A DNA stretch of 64,000 nucleotides from Magallana gigas (lineage: Eukaryota). Shown piece after piece: positions 13,152-26,700 of this stretch. Location: positions 70,866,001 to 70,930,000 of the forward strand of contig NC_088853.1 of NCBI RefSeq assembly GCF_963853765.1. The letters are read 5' to 3'. Position numbers and translations under genes: made by a program. Position 1 is the first letter of the stretch; every line of letters begins with the position of its first letter. Under the pieces are notes generated by a model that ran no database searches, was not told where the DNA came from, and saw only the letters and a program-made list of their open reading frames with translations.

Positions 13152-16100
13152 GTCTGATCTAGAGCCTGGTTTATTTCTGAGAGTTTTTCATTTCTTGAAA
13201 TTGCAAACAAATTCTTTCTGATTGCATTGGTTGATAACATGTATAAAATCTTTGGCATTTATTTTTCTTACTAAAAATAATACTCATTGACTGGTTTATA
13301 AGACTGACTCTGAATCATCAACAAATAAATACAATTTGTAAACAAAGATGATTTCAAAGTTACGTGTATCTTAAGGTCAGACGACACATTCCTCAATTTT
13401 ATATAACATTTTCCAGGACTTTGTTAATGGTTTCCTAACTACTTTGACAAGCTTTCTTGCAAAAAATTAGGGCACCTTACCAGGCATTTCTGCAAAATAC
13501 TAGAGTGTGCAATATATAATCTTACACTTGAATTGCTGATATAAAAATAAATAAGAGAGCACAGCGAAATTCACTAAATTGGGCCAGACTTTGAAATCAC
13601 AACCTCTAGAGCCTACCACTCGGCCATCTAGACATATATATTCAAGGAAATTTTAAATCATTTTAAAAATCATTATAAAAATAATATCATTCATTGGAAC
13701 TCTTTATTACGAGGAGATACAAAAAAGATGCCCGAGAAACATCATGTCGTTTGACCTTAAATGATCAATTAGATGGGTTGATAAAAGCATATGCATTTTT
13801 TAATTTTCAATTTGAGATAGGCTGAGGACTGACTTTTCACCAGAAAAGCATTTTTTTTAGATATTAGATGTAATTGTTATATTTGTATTTGTTGAAAATT
13901 TTGCTATGATGATTTTAATTACATTTTGAATATGATACACAATGTACTTTATGATAAATATTCATAATAATATCTGATTATTGATTCTTAAGTTAGTTAT
14001 TACCTGAAATCTACTTTTATCACAAAATTATTGCAATTTAGTTCAAATTTTGAAATAAGATACCAAAGAAAGATTTAGATAGTATGGAAGTTTTGAATCG
14101 ATGAAATATATTTGACAATGTGCATTAACCAAATGCATATTATTGATAAAATAAATTCAATGTCAATATGTCAAAAAATTATTGAAAAATACCTAAGCTT
14201 TTGGATTGTAAACAAATTTCTCGATGTTTGAAGAAAGACAAAAGCTTTAGCTATGCTTTCAGAATAATCCAAATATTGGACGATTTTTTTTTCTGGTTTT
14301 AATTTTGCGGAGTGCAATATTTGCCTTCCATTTTCTCCATAGATACCAAAGGGTCCTGCCAATATTTGCATGCTTCAGTTTTTCAATAATTTCCACCCTT
14401 TTGACTTCCGAAATCAATGGCCCGAGTTTGACACAGTAAATTTCTTCCAGTCAATACAAATCAGATCTTTATAAATGATTTCTGAGGTGTACTTTTATAA
14501 AAGGAAAAAGGAGGCCTTTTGTTGGTCAAAACCTTATATTAACGACAATTTTTGTTCCGTATCTTGCCGCGGCCCAGCACAGGGATGTAATTGACTTCCT
14601 GTTGGACTTAAAACGGCGTAAAATTATTAATTTTTCCCTCCCTTCCTTTCGCGACCATTAGGACGGTGGTGATGAAGTCGAGTGATGGAGTGAAAGGCTG
14701 GAGCGCTTGTTTATGGAGATCAATAATAACTGATCAATAAACATTTGGTTCTGTTACTGAGAGGGAGAGAGAGAGGTGAAACTAATCCCCTGTTGAAGAA
14801 GTAGACAGATTTTTGTCAATTTTTTATTGTGAGAGAAAAAAAACAGCAACTAAAAACAGCTAAAACAATTGAAGTGTATCATATTGGATAGGATGGAATT
14901 TAAAACCGGAACTTGATGACGTAGTGCTATTGATGGGATGTGATCATGAGAAAATTATTTTTAGGTGTCGGACTCAAAGACACTTTTTTGGACTGCTACT
15001 GTGTTATATTGTTTTTATTTTAAAATGTGAGATGTCTCATGATCTCATACAGCATCAAAGCATCGACAAAAATTTTCTAGACCTGAAGAATTTTCTTTCT
15101 AGGCCCTGGATGTGAAAGTGATAGGATTTTAATAGACACCTATGGTTTTGTTATTTTATTACTATTTTGTGGAAAATATTGATGTGTTTTTAACGACCTA
15201 GGATAATTACGGAGTAGCTTTGATGTTTATTGTTCTCCTGTCGCGGTGACATTTTATTCCAAATGACATAAAACTTTGGATATCAACGTAATTATCAGAC
15301 GACATTACGTCTCATTAGTGAACCATACTCGTCCAAAAAAAAGTTTTTCTTCCGGAAAATCAAATCTGCCTCGCAGAATGCAGTGAGATTGGCAGAATAT
15401 TTTTAATTTTTTCGTACGGAACCAACATTTATTTTAGTTATTTTAAAGAGAGTGTGAGCTATGATTGTGTGGTTGTGTATGGAGTCCTATTATTTCTGAC
15501 ACAGACCGATTTTTCTTTCAAACTTTGTTTCCTTTTTTCTGGTGCACTGTTTTGCGGCTGACTGCATTGTTTCTTTTTGGTTTTTCTACACCGAGTTATT
15601 TTTTTGTTCTTCAAATTTTTATGAGTCGTACATCACTGGTTGTTGTGAAGTGGAAAACTTTGTGATTTTTGAACTGTTGCTATGGATATTTCACCATGAA
15701 ACATAAACTCGTAGTGATAAAACCTAAGGCAAGCATGAATTGTTCTTCATCTTTAGAAAATGCCACAATATTTTACAAATATTAGATCTGTATTCCAACC
15801 AATTAACACTTTATTTAGTAAATTTTTAGCTGTTTAAAATATTCCAGCATGAAAATTATGGGAAACAGTTATAATTATTAATGGAAAGCATCTCCAGCTT
15901 TGAATAGTTTTACTAAACAGGATTTCATTTATTTTCAGTTTTCCGTTAATGATAAATGGAAACAATTCTCATTGCGGTTTGAGCTGAATGTATTTTAACC
16001 AATAGATGTTCTCGGTTTACAGGAGAGTCGTCCAAGCACAAAGTCCAGTAAACAGTCCGCTGTCCCCCCACCCAAACAGAAGTCACCAGTCAAACCTCCG

Positions 16101-19100
16101 ACCACCATCAATAAGTCACCGGGCAAGGTCAAAGGTAAAGGTCGTTAAATGACTGGGGCAGATGTCAGTTACACAGCTATGATTCCCAGTGAGATGTGCA
16201 TTTTTATACACTGACCACTCTGGTCTGTAATGTAATACACTGAACCCTCTGGCTTGTAATGTAATACACTGACCACCTTCTTCGGTAATGTAATACACCA
16301 ACAACTCTGTTCAGTAATGTAATACATTGACCACTTTCTTATGTTATGTTTTGTAATGTAATACACCAACAAAAGTGTTCATCTGTGTAATACACTGAAT
16401 ACTCTGGTCTGTAATGTAATACACCGAACACTTTCTTAGGTAATGTAATACACCAACAAAAGAGTTCAGTAATGTAATACACTGACCGCTCTGGTCTGTA
16501 ATGTAATATACTGACAATTTTGTTCTGTAATGTAATACACTGGCCATTTTCTTATTTAATGTAATACACCAACAACTCTGTTCAGTAATGTAATACATTG
16601 ACCACTTTCTTATGTTATGTTTTGTAATGTAATACACCAACAAAAGTGTTCATCTGTGTAATACACTGAATACTCTGGTCTGTAATGTAATACACCGAAC
16701 ACTTTCTTAGGTAATGTAATACACCAACAAAAGAGTTCAGTAATGTAATACACTGACCGCTCTGGTCTGTAATGTAATATACTGACAATTTTGTTCTGTA
16801 ATGTAATACACTGGCCATTTTCTTATTTAATGTAATACACCAACAACTCTGTTCAGTATTGTAATACACTGACCACGCTGGTCTGTAATGTAATACACTG
16901 ACCATGCTTCTTTTATATAATGTAATAAAGGAAACCATTTCATGTTTTACAGAAACTGCTGAGTCGTCGATACAAGATGAAGGTGGTGATCACTCCTCCG
17001 CCCACGTGGAGACACGACAATCCAAGAGGAACAAGTCCTCACTGGATCCGGTCCCGGAGACCGACGCCAATGTACAGTTTGACAACAAGTTTGAACTGGC
17101 TGACGAAAGCTCATGGGTAAGTTACCATTGTATAAACTAGTGGCCTTTTTTTTGGGGGGGGGGGGGGGGGGGGAAATTCTTCTTTGAAATGGCCGATAGA
17201 AATTCATGGGCAAGTTCTAAGTAGCACTTTAGGGAAGTTAGATAAGGGGGGAATGCCTTCCCATTTGCTTTGTTACATATTATGATGGCCACAAAAAACA
17301 AACAAAAAGAAACACAGTTCTTAGGCCTAAGAAAAAAAAGTGTTTGTTTCCGCTTTCCCGACCGACCCTAGCTTTTACCCCCCGACTCAAAACTTTTTTA
17401 AAAGGATTTTTGATGGAAAATCGTTTATTTTCGTTTTTATCCGATTTGGAAAAAAAATACTCAAAATTTTGGTCACAAAAATGCTTGAAGCAGTTACTCT
17501 TCTCAAATCAGTGTAACTCAAACATTTTGTTTCAAAATGGCTGTATGTTTCCATGTGTTGTAGATTTTAATAATGCTCTCATCGTTGGCAGAGGAAGTAT
17601 CTGATATATAATATCATTTTTGTGTTTTCTTAAGACCAGCTAATAGTCAGGAATGATATTAAAAGTATTTCTCATTTTATACCATTCAGCAGTGTCAGTA
17701 TCTAACCGGCATGTATGGATAATGCAATATTAAAGGGGAAAAAAATATTTGAAAAAAAAAAAAATTCCGACCGACCGACCCTACTTTTTTTCAGCATGAA
17801 AGCGGAAACAAACTATTTTTTTTGTTAGGCCTTATCATACCTTACCTCTTTATACTAGCACTACAAAACCCAAGAAAAAGTTTTGAATCTGGGAATTTTT
17901 GATGTCCCACACCATACCTATTATAATAATCTTAGAAAACCAGCCACATTCATCCACCAGTGTATTCTTTGCATCTACTGGTCAGCCACATTAATCCACC
18001 TGAGTGTGTAATCTTTGCCATCTACTGGTCAGCCACAATAATCCACCTGTGTAATCTTTGCCATCTACTGGTCAGCCACATTAATCCACCTGTATAATCT
18101 TTGCCATCTACTGGTCAGCCACATTAATCCACCTGTGTAATCTTTGCCATGTACTGGTCGGCCACATTAATCCACCTGTGTAATCTTTGCCATCTACTGG
18201 TCAGGGATATATGTTTATTTTAGATTGGTTAGGGCCAGTTTTTAATATATTAGATCTTAGTTGACATCAAAACAATTTACAAATTCATGTATAGGTATTT
18301 TTAACAAAACTCTTCATAATTTGTGGAGGTGTTTGGTTGATTCGCATATACTTAGTTCCGTTACTTTTGGCATCCATGAAAAAGTGACCCCAACAAATTC
18401 TAATCCTTTTTTATAAAGGGAATCACTTATCATTGTGAGTGGGTTTTTTCTTTCCCTTTGTTTTTCACCGAAACAACGTATAGAACCATTTTATCAAGAC
18501 CTTGGACTTTCAGTAGGATGTAGCTATCTAATTCTTGATTCAAAACAAGTTTAAAATGACACGGTTTCAAGAGAAGTATACACCAATTGTGTAGTCTTGG
18601 CTCAAAAGCCAGACAAATCCTGTTGATTTCAGAGAGCCATGGCTGAGTGGCTGACAATGAAATAGACAGGCCTACGTCACATTGCTGTTTAACACAACTA
18701 CCAAAAGTCCAAGCTCTTGTTAAAATGGTTCTAATAAACTGTTTCTTTTATCTTAATAAAAAATGCCAAATCTCTTATCATGTATTACTGACGTTTCTAC
18801 TCGTTAGCTTGTAGATTTGTGACAAATGATTTCTTTGTGCATTGATCTGTTGATAATTGAGCATATCACGATTGTCCCCATGCATTGAAGCCTCTTTTTT
18901 CTCTCTATATCTTTCAAATGATGACATGTCTGAATTAATTAAAAATCAATGTCTCTCTTCTGTCACTCTCTCTGCACTGTATCTCTTCTGTCACTCTCTC
19001 TGCACTGTATCTCTAGCACTCTCTACTTCTCTCTATCTGGGTATATTATGTATCCGCCTTCTCTCTTTCTCTCTCTCATATATCTANNNNNNNNNNNNNN

Positions 19101-19962
19101 NNNNNNNNNNNNNNNNNNNNNNNNNNNNNNNNNNNNNNNNNNNNNNNNNNNNNNNNNNNNNNNNNNNNNNNNNNNNNNNNNNNNNNNNNNNNNNNNNNNN
19201 NNNNNNNNNNNNNNNNNNNNNNNNNNNNNNNNNNNNNNNNNNNNNNNNNNNNNNAGAAGGTGAGGCTGTATGTTTGATCTGTCATCTCTAAACATTTTAC
19301 AGAGCCTATGGTTGCAATGTATTGATTAACAAACCATCAATACACCATGATAGAAAGAAGACAGGATGGCTTTTTCTCTCTCATGGTCTTTGATTTTTGA
19401 AATTACAGGTGCACCAATAGAACTTTCCTTGACAATCGATGCTTCAACATATTTTGTTCAATATGAACAACAAACAGTGCATGTTCAACATTACATTAAG
19501 GAACACATGTTTTAAAAGCTCTATTTGTTTATCCTCTTTTTGATAAACCAAACTTTGTTTTATTTACTCTAATCTTTCTTATAATATGCCATTTCTTATA
19601 ATGTACTCCTAAAAAGGATCGTTAAAAAGATAGGGTTTCCTAAAAAAATTCGAAGTACTTTTATCTGTATTTCGGTTATTGTATTCAATATGATAAATGG
19701 CATCCACAAAATTCTGTAAAAAGGGATAAATATACTGTATTTAATTACTAAAGATAAATGCACACAAACAGGCAGAGTGAAAAATTAAAGTCTCCCTGTG
19801 TGTTGGATTGAAATAGTGTAATGTTTGCCTCTAAATGTTTGAGAGCATGCAAGGGAAATAACTCTATGATCCTCACAATCATTTAACTTTGTTCTCTTCA
19901 TAGGGCTCAGTTCCAAAAGATCAGATTCTTGGGAGATTTGCACAGTACAGACAGCTAGTAAG

Positions 19963-20015
<53 letters not shown>

Positions 20016-23000
20016 GAGTTGAATACATGATACATTTAAATAAAAAACCAGCAACTATGATGTACTAATACTGCTAGCCACTTTATATATATGCACTTTA
20101 TGGTAACAGAGTCAACAAAGAATATCAGAACTAGAAGAACAACTGACCTTGACCTTAGCAAAGACCCAGAGAAAGGTCAACACTTTGAAGTCTCAGTTCC
20201 AGGAACACAAGTCCAAATGGGAGGCGGTAAGTAGAGGGCGGTACAAAAGTAGAGTCTAGATGGGAGGCGGTAAGTAGAGGGCGGTACAAAAGTAGAGTCT
20301 AGATGGGGGGCGGTAAGTAGAGGGCGGTACAAAAGTAGAGTCTAGATGGGGGACGGTAAGTAGAGGGCGGTACAAAAGTAGAGTCTAGATGGGAGGCGGT
20401 AAGTAGAGGGCCGTACAGAAGTAGAGTCTAGATGGGAGGCGGTAAGTAGAGAGCCGTACAAAAGTAGAGTCTAGATGGGAGGCGGTAAGTAGAGGGCAGT
20501 ACAAAAGTAGAGTCTAGATGGGAGGCGGTAAGTAGAGGGCCGTACAGAAGTAGAGTCTAGATGGGAGGCGGTAAGTAGAGGGCGGTACAAAAGTAGAGTC
20601 TAGATGGGAGGCGGTAAGTAGAGGGCAGTACAAAAGTAGAGTCTAGATGGGAGGCGGTAAGTAGAGGGCGGTACAAAAGTAGAGTCTAGATGGGGGCGGT
20701 AAGTAGAGGGCGGTACAAAAGTAGAGTCTAGATGGGGGACAGTAAGTAGAGGGCCATACAAAAGTAGAGTCTAGATGGGAGGCGGTAAGTAGAGGGCGGT
20801 ACAAAAGTAGAGTCTAGATGGGAGGCGGTAAGTAGAGGGCGGTACAAAAGTAGAGTCTAGATGGGAGGCGGTAAGTAGAGGGCGGTACAAAAGTAGAGTC
20901 TAGATGGGAGGCGGTAAGTAGAGGGCCGTACAAAAGTAGAGTCTAGATGGGAGGCGGTAAGTAGAGGGCGGTACAAAAGTAGAGTCTAGATGGGAGGCGG
21001 TAAGTAGAGGGCGGTACAAAAGTAGAGTCTAGATGGGGGACGGTAAGTAGAGGGCCGTACAAAAGTAGAGTCTAGATGGGAGGCGGTAAGTAGAGGGCCG
21101 TACAAAAGTAAAGTCTAGATGGGGGACGGTAAGTAGAGGGCCGTACAAAAGTAGAGTCTAGATGGGAGGCGGTAAGTAGAGGGCCGTACAAAAGTAGAGT
21201 CTAGATGGGAGGCGGTAAGTAGAGGGCGGTACAAAAGTAGAGTCTAGATGGGAGGCGGTAAGTAGAGGGCCATACAAAAGTAGAGTCTAGATGGGAGGCG
21301 GTAAGTAGAGGGCCGTACAGAAGTAGAGTCTAGATGGGAGGCGGTAAGTAGAGGGCCGTACAAAAGTAGAGTCTAGATGGGAGGCGGTAAGTAGAGGGCA
21401 GTACAAAAGTAGAGTCTAGATGGGAGGCGGTAAGTAGAGGGCCGTACAGAAGTAGAGTCTAGATGGGAGGCGGTAAGTAGAGGGCGGTACAAAAGTAGAG
21501 TCTAGATGGGAGGCGGTAAGTAGAGGGCAGTACAAAAGTAGAGTCTAGATGGGAGGCGGTAAGTAGAGGGCGGTACAAAAGTAGAGTCTAGATGGGGGGC
21601 GGTAAGTAGAGGGCGGTACAAAAGTAGAGTCTAGATGGGGGACGGTAAGTAGAGGGCCATACAAAAGTAGAGTCTAGATGGGAGGCGGTAAGTAGAGGGC
21701 GGTACAAAAGTAGAGTTTAGATGGGAGGCGGTAAGTAGAGGGCGGTACGAAAGTAGAGTCTAGATGGGAGGCAGTAAGTAGAGGGCGGTACAAAAGTAGA
21801 GTCTAGATGGGAGGCGGTAAGTACAAGACTACAAATACAAGTCTAAATGGGAGGCAGTATTTACAAGACTGTATAAATAAAATATCAAATTTGGATACAG
21901 TAAGCATAGTGCAAGACTATAAAACAAAAGAGAATCCTCTGTAATGTTTGAATTGAGGCCAAAAAAAAAAGGGTAAAATCTAGTCTAGCATCATTTTCAT
22001 TTTCTTTCCCCAGTATCTCATAAACAGTGAAACAGGAATAAATAAAAGTAATTTATGGGCTTTTTATTGGTTCATTTAGTATTTCCTGTGACTTAACACT
22101 GGATGGTTTTGTAGGAGAGGAATGTTCTGATAGAACAAGTGGAGCAGGCCCAGAAACTCCAGACCGAGGCCGAGAAAGAAGCAGACGACGCCATGACACA
22201 GCTGGAGGAGTTCATCAACGAACAGGAGAAACTGGTGAGTGAACGCGCGAGTGTGTGAGTGAGTGAGTTTCAGAGATATGAAAAACGTTCCATTACCCAG
22301 CTGCAGGAGTCCATCAACTCACTAACAGGAGAAACTGGTGAGTGAGCGAGCGAGCTGGTGAGCGAGCAAGCATGTGAGTAAGTGAGTGACTTAGTGATTG
22401 AGTGAGGTAGTGAATGAGTTTCAGAGTTATGAAAAATGTTCCATTACCCAGCTGCAGGAGTCCTTCAACGAACAGGAGAAACTGGTGAGTGAGTGAGCGA
22501 GCAAGAGGGAAAGAGAGAAAGAGAGAGGAAGAAAGTGAGAGGAGGTGGGGGTGCCTCCATGAGACAGCTAAGAATGCTGAAATTTCGAAGAGATAGCTAC
22601 AGAGGACAAAAAAGAAACTAGAAATAGTGACGAGAGGAATGAGAGAGCATATCTTTTAGCACATGAAACAGGCTTGTGATCAAAGCAAACTGTTTAAAGC
22701 TTTGTCTGATATCAAGGTCATTACATGAATGAGCAGAAGGTTGAGAAGAATCTATTAAAAAATAAATAGAAAGTTGTGTGTATTCTTATAAGTAGTTTTT
22801 ATGGAGAACATTTTGGCTGCCTTGTAATTCACAGTTTGTGACATATCCGTACAATTAGTTTCTATCAACATGTCCCTCAAGTCTTTACAATTGTAAGTAA
22901 ATGGACAAAAATGGTATTTTAAACTCATCAAAAAAAAAAAGCTTTAAACTGAGAACTTAAAATGACAAGCTTCTGGGTAACATTGATGGAAGCTGAATAG

Positions 23001-23563
23001 ATTACAGACCGTATTCTGTAGAGTACAATGTACCCATACAGGGCCCTTGTGTGTTTATATTAGACTGGGGACTCTATCTCCAATACAGTACAGCGATTTC
23101 TTTGTCCGGCTTTTCAGTTTGTCGTTTAAAGCAATTAAAGAAAACCAATGGATTTGAAGACATTTCAGAAAAATATTATAGAATTCTTATACAAGTGAAA
23201 TATTAAACTATGAGGTAGTTCAGGGATTTCAGTGCAAACTGTGGACTTTTTTATTACCAGCCTTGAGTGAGGTGGGTTTCACTTTAATTTAATGTTTCTG
23301 AAGGGCATGTCATAATACAGGGATTTATTTGATTTTTGTGCTAATAAGTTGTATACTTAAGGATTTGTCAACATGCTAGTAAGTTTATACAGTGAAGTAC
23401 TGTTTGCTGTCATGTAACTCTTCTTTCTCTCCTCTTTTTTCATTTTTTTTCTGTCTCCTCTCTGTGCCTGTCTCTCTTACTATATAATGCCCTCTCTAAG
23501 CCCCCCTCTCTCCATCTCTTTGTTTCACTATCTCTGACTTTCTCCATTAAACATGTACTATCA

Positions 23564-23595
<32 letters not shown>

Positions 23596-23671
23596 TTTGA
23601 CAGATATTTCTCTCGTTCTCATTCTCTCTCTCATTCTCTCCCTCTCTCTCCAGATATTTCTCTCATTCTTA

Positions 23672-23756
<85 letters not shown>

Positions 23757-26700
23757 GATCATGTCATTACTGGGACACTCTACAAGAGCTTGGTGTAAAA
23801 CACAAACCATCCAAGATACCGATCTCTGTGTAAACACAAAGAAACGATACCCGCATAATAACAGGAGAAAAAATACCTTAAAAAATCCTCTGGCTTTGAT
23901 TTGACAGGGAATAGATGTTTATTATCTTGGATATAATTCCAGTGTAAATTTAATCAAATGATGGGACTGGGGAATTACTGTTGGGCAGGCATGTTATGTA
24001 ATGGGGGGGGGGGGGGATTGTTATGGAGGGTTTATATATGTCCACGGGGATCTAGGCCTGATAATGAAATCTCTGAGTGTTCTATAGTCCAGTGTACAAG
24101 CTGCATTGTATACAGTTCTATTCAGGGGATTTTTATTTATGAGCATTTACTAAGGAGACGTTTAAGCATTTTTTTAAGCTCCTCTTTTTTGTTAACAGAC
24201 AGGGTCTCGCATTTTTCTTCTTTTTTTTTTAAACTCTCAGCGTCGAATTCAACTGACGAAAAAAAGTCAGTTGTATGGAAGATCTTATATACAGGAAGGA
24301 TTTTAATAGTTCGGTTTGATGTGATTTACCTGGACAAAAAGATGTAAAAGAATGATTGTGAGTCAAAAATATATTTCTGGTTTTAAGGACCTAACCTTTA
24401 TGCTTTACGTTTATTTTTGTTTTTTTTTATATCAATTAGATTGAAATTTTATTTTGATATAAAAAATGTAGTATAATTCATAGGTTCCAAATATATTTTA
24501 GATGCAATAGAATTATCTTAAGGTGGTAATGTGATTTTAGCAGGCATTATGAGATAAATGAAATAGTAAAAGATTCACTATAAAATCATGGATTTATATT
24601 CTACATACAACCTTGATGTAGGGGTATATAACGGACAGATTAAGCATGTGTGAATGGGAAAGAGAGCTTATGTGTAACAAAGGCAATGAATTACGTTAGG
24701 TAGATGTCACAGTATGTGATAAAAAAATAAACTGTGTACAAACCACAAGGATCTTCAAATATCAAAATCATTTTTACCAACTTTTTCCAAAATTTAAAAC
24801 TGGTTTAAATTGATTCATTTTCATGAGCAAGATGTAGATTACTTAAAAATATATATACCAGAGACTTTTGATAGCTGGTTCATGGCAAGGCTCTCGTGAA
24901 CCTCGCAAATTTTTCCCACAGGCAAATTAAAGTTGGTTTACATTATTCTTAGGACATGACCTTGTACTGTGCATTTTTGTGATCGGCTTCGGCCGATTGC
25001 AGTGGTGTCCATATGAGGCATCCGGCAAATTTTACTAATTGCGCACGCATTGCGCCTTGCACTATGTTGTTTACTATGCAATGACAACCTTATTTAAATC
25101 TTTAATTAGACGTAGATTACTGAAAACAGTAATCTGTTTACCCTGAAAATAAAACATTTATAGAGTTACATATATAATGATTCAATTCTCTTCTTTATTT
25201 CACATTATGTGTAGGAACATTAGTCGGAAGTATAATTCGCCTACTAAAAATAAAGCTCATTCATGCCTTGCCATTTCGGAAGTCAATGAAATGGGGCTAT
25301 ATATATAGTTTACTGCATGTAGCGTATATTATATAAACAGAGCTGACCAATGATATATCATGCTGATCATTCCTTTAAAAGGAATACTTGTTACATGTAC
25401 CTCATTGTGATAACTCCTCTTACACAGTTGATATTTTTATTCTCAGTGTGATAACAATATTAACAATTTGATCTCATTGCACAGGAAGAGGAAGAAGAGG
25501 GAAAAAGAACGGTCATCACACGCAAGATCAGTCAGCCCCTCCCCAAAGTCGTGACCCCACCCCCTAAACAGGTGTCCCCGCCCCCACAGGTGGTCACCGA
25601 GGGAACGGAGCAGGAGCTGTCCAATCTGATGCAGCAGACGGATGATGCCAAGGTAACGACAGGGGTCAATGAAAGGTCAAGCCTGGTGTCCATGGCAATG
25701 AACTCTGTTACTTAGAATGCTTAATATAACATTAGATGAGCTAGTTAGATTTTTAATTTTTATTTTTTTTAAAAATATGATTATATATCATAAGGACAGC
25801 GTTTAGTGTAGCATTGCATTTTATTGCTTTGACTTAATATTCTTTACATTATTATTTTTGCTTCAAAATGATGAAATATTTGATATCCAGTGTACTAAAT
25901 TGAATGACAAATGAACCAGTCTGCTATCCATTAGCATTGTATAATATTTGTATTGGCCCAAACTTTTAGTCCCAGAGACAAAAATCTGGATCATCTAGCC
26001 ACATCTCATCCGCGGATCTGGAGGGTGACATTGCTCCCTGGCTGCTGTCCAGAGGAAAGTCCAGGAAAACTCGACTCGAGTCTGCTGCGAGCTCACAGTC
26101 GGAAGAAGAGGTGGAGGAGTACAAGCGAAGATCCTCCCTCTCCAAATCCAGTTTCCACAGTAAATCGGAGAAAATTGTATCTGAGCTATCCAAGTTGACG
26201 GATCCGAATGAATCGGATGAAGATAGGGCCTTGGAGAGTGATAGCGAGCCGTTTTCCAGAAGGATGACTCAGTCTCGAAAATCTTTGAAATCTAGGAGGA
26301 CATCTCAGGGCGAGTCTAGGATGAGATCTTCCAGAGGAAGTTTACAGCTTGAAGGTGCAGAAAGTGAGATTAGCCAGTTTCAAGATGATGGGAAAATTTC
26401 AGGAGGAGGTAAAAGCCAGTTGTCAAACCGAGACAAAAGTCAGATGTCAGCTCGAGATAAAAGTCAGTTGTCAGCACGAGATCCCAGTCAGCTGTCAACT
26501 CGAGACAAGAGTCGAGTGTCAGAGAGAGGTAAAAGCAAGATGTCCTCACGTGACAAAAGCTTGTTGTCTGAAGCAGAAGGAGGGGTGCCCAGTCAGCAGG
26601 ACACATCATCTCAGGATGAGGCTGAGCATGATCCTATCTCAAAAGCACCCTCCAGGAGGAGTTCCCATAGCAACATCAATCTCAAAGAATCTCGCCAGAG

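Noticed and set aside
14640-14760. Extra host exon after ATTAG at about 14661
   Set aside because: The required phase-0 frame stops after 7 codons. It could be an alternative promoter, but there is no support.
18857-19295. ORFs spanning X residues
   Set aside because: They are artefacts of the N gap and TC-rich sequence.
20219-21824. CRISPR-like array (also considered for 45730-46790)
   Set aside because: These are head-to-tail repeats without unique spacers, there are no cas genes, and the context is eukaryotic.
23440-23833. ER-rich and LS-rich ORFs
   Set aside because: They are translations of a (TC)n microsatellite.
24249-24273. Terminator-like hairpin CAACTGAC..GTCAGTTG
   Set aside because: It is a short stem in a eukaryotic intron and is expected by chance or as a repeat remnant.
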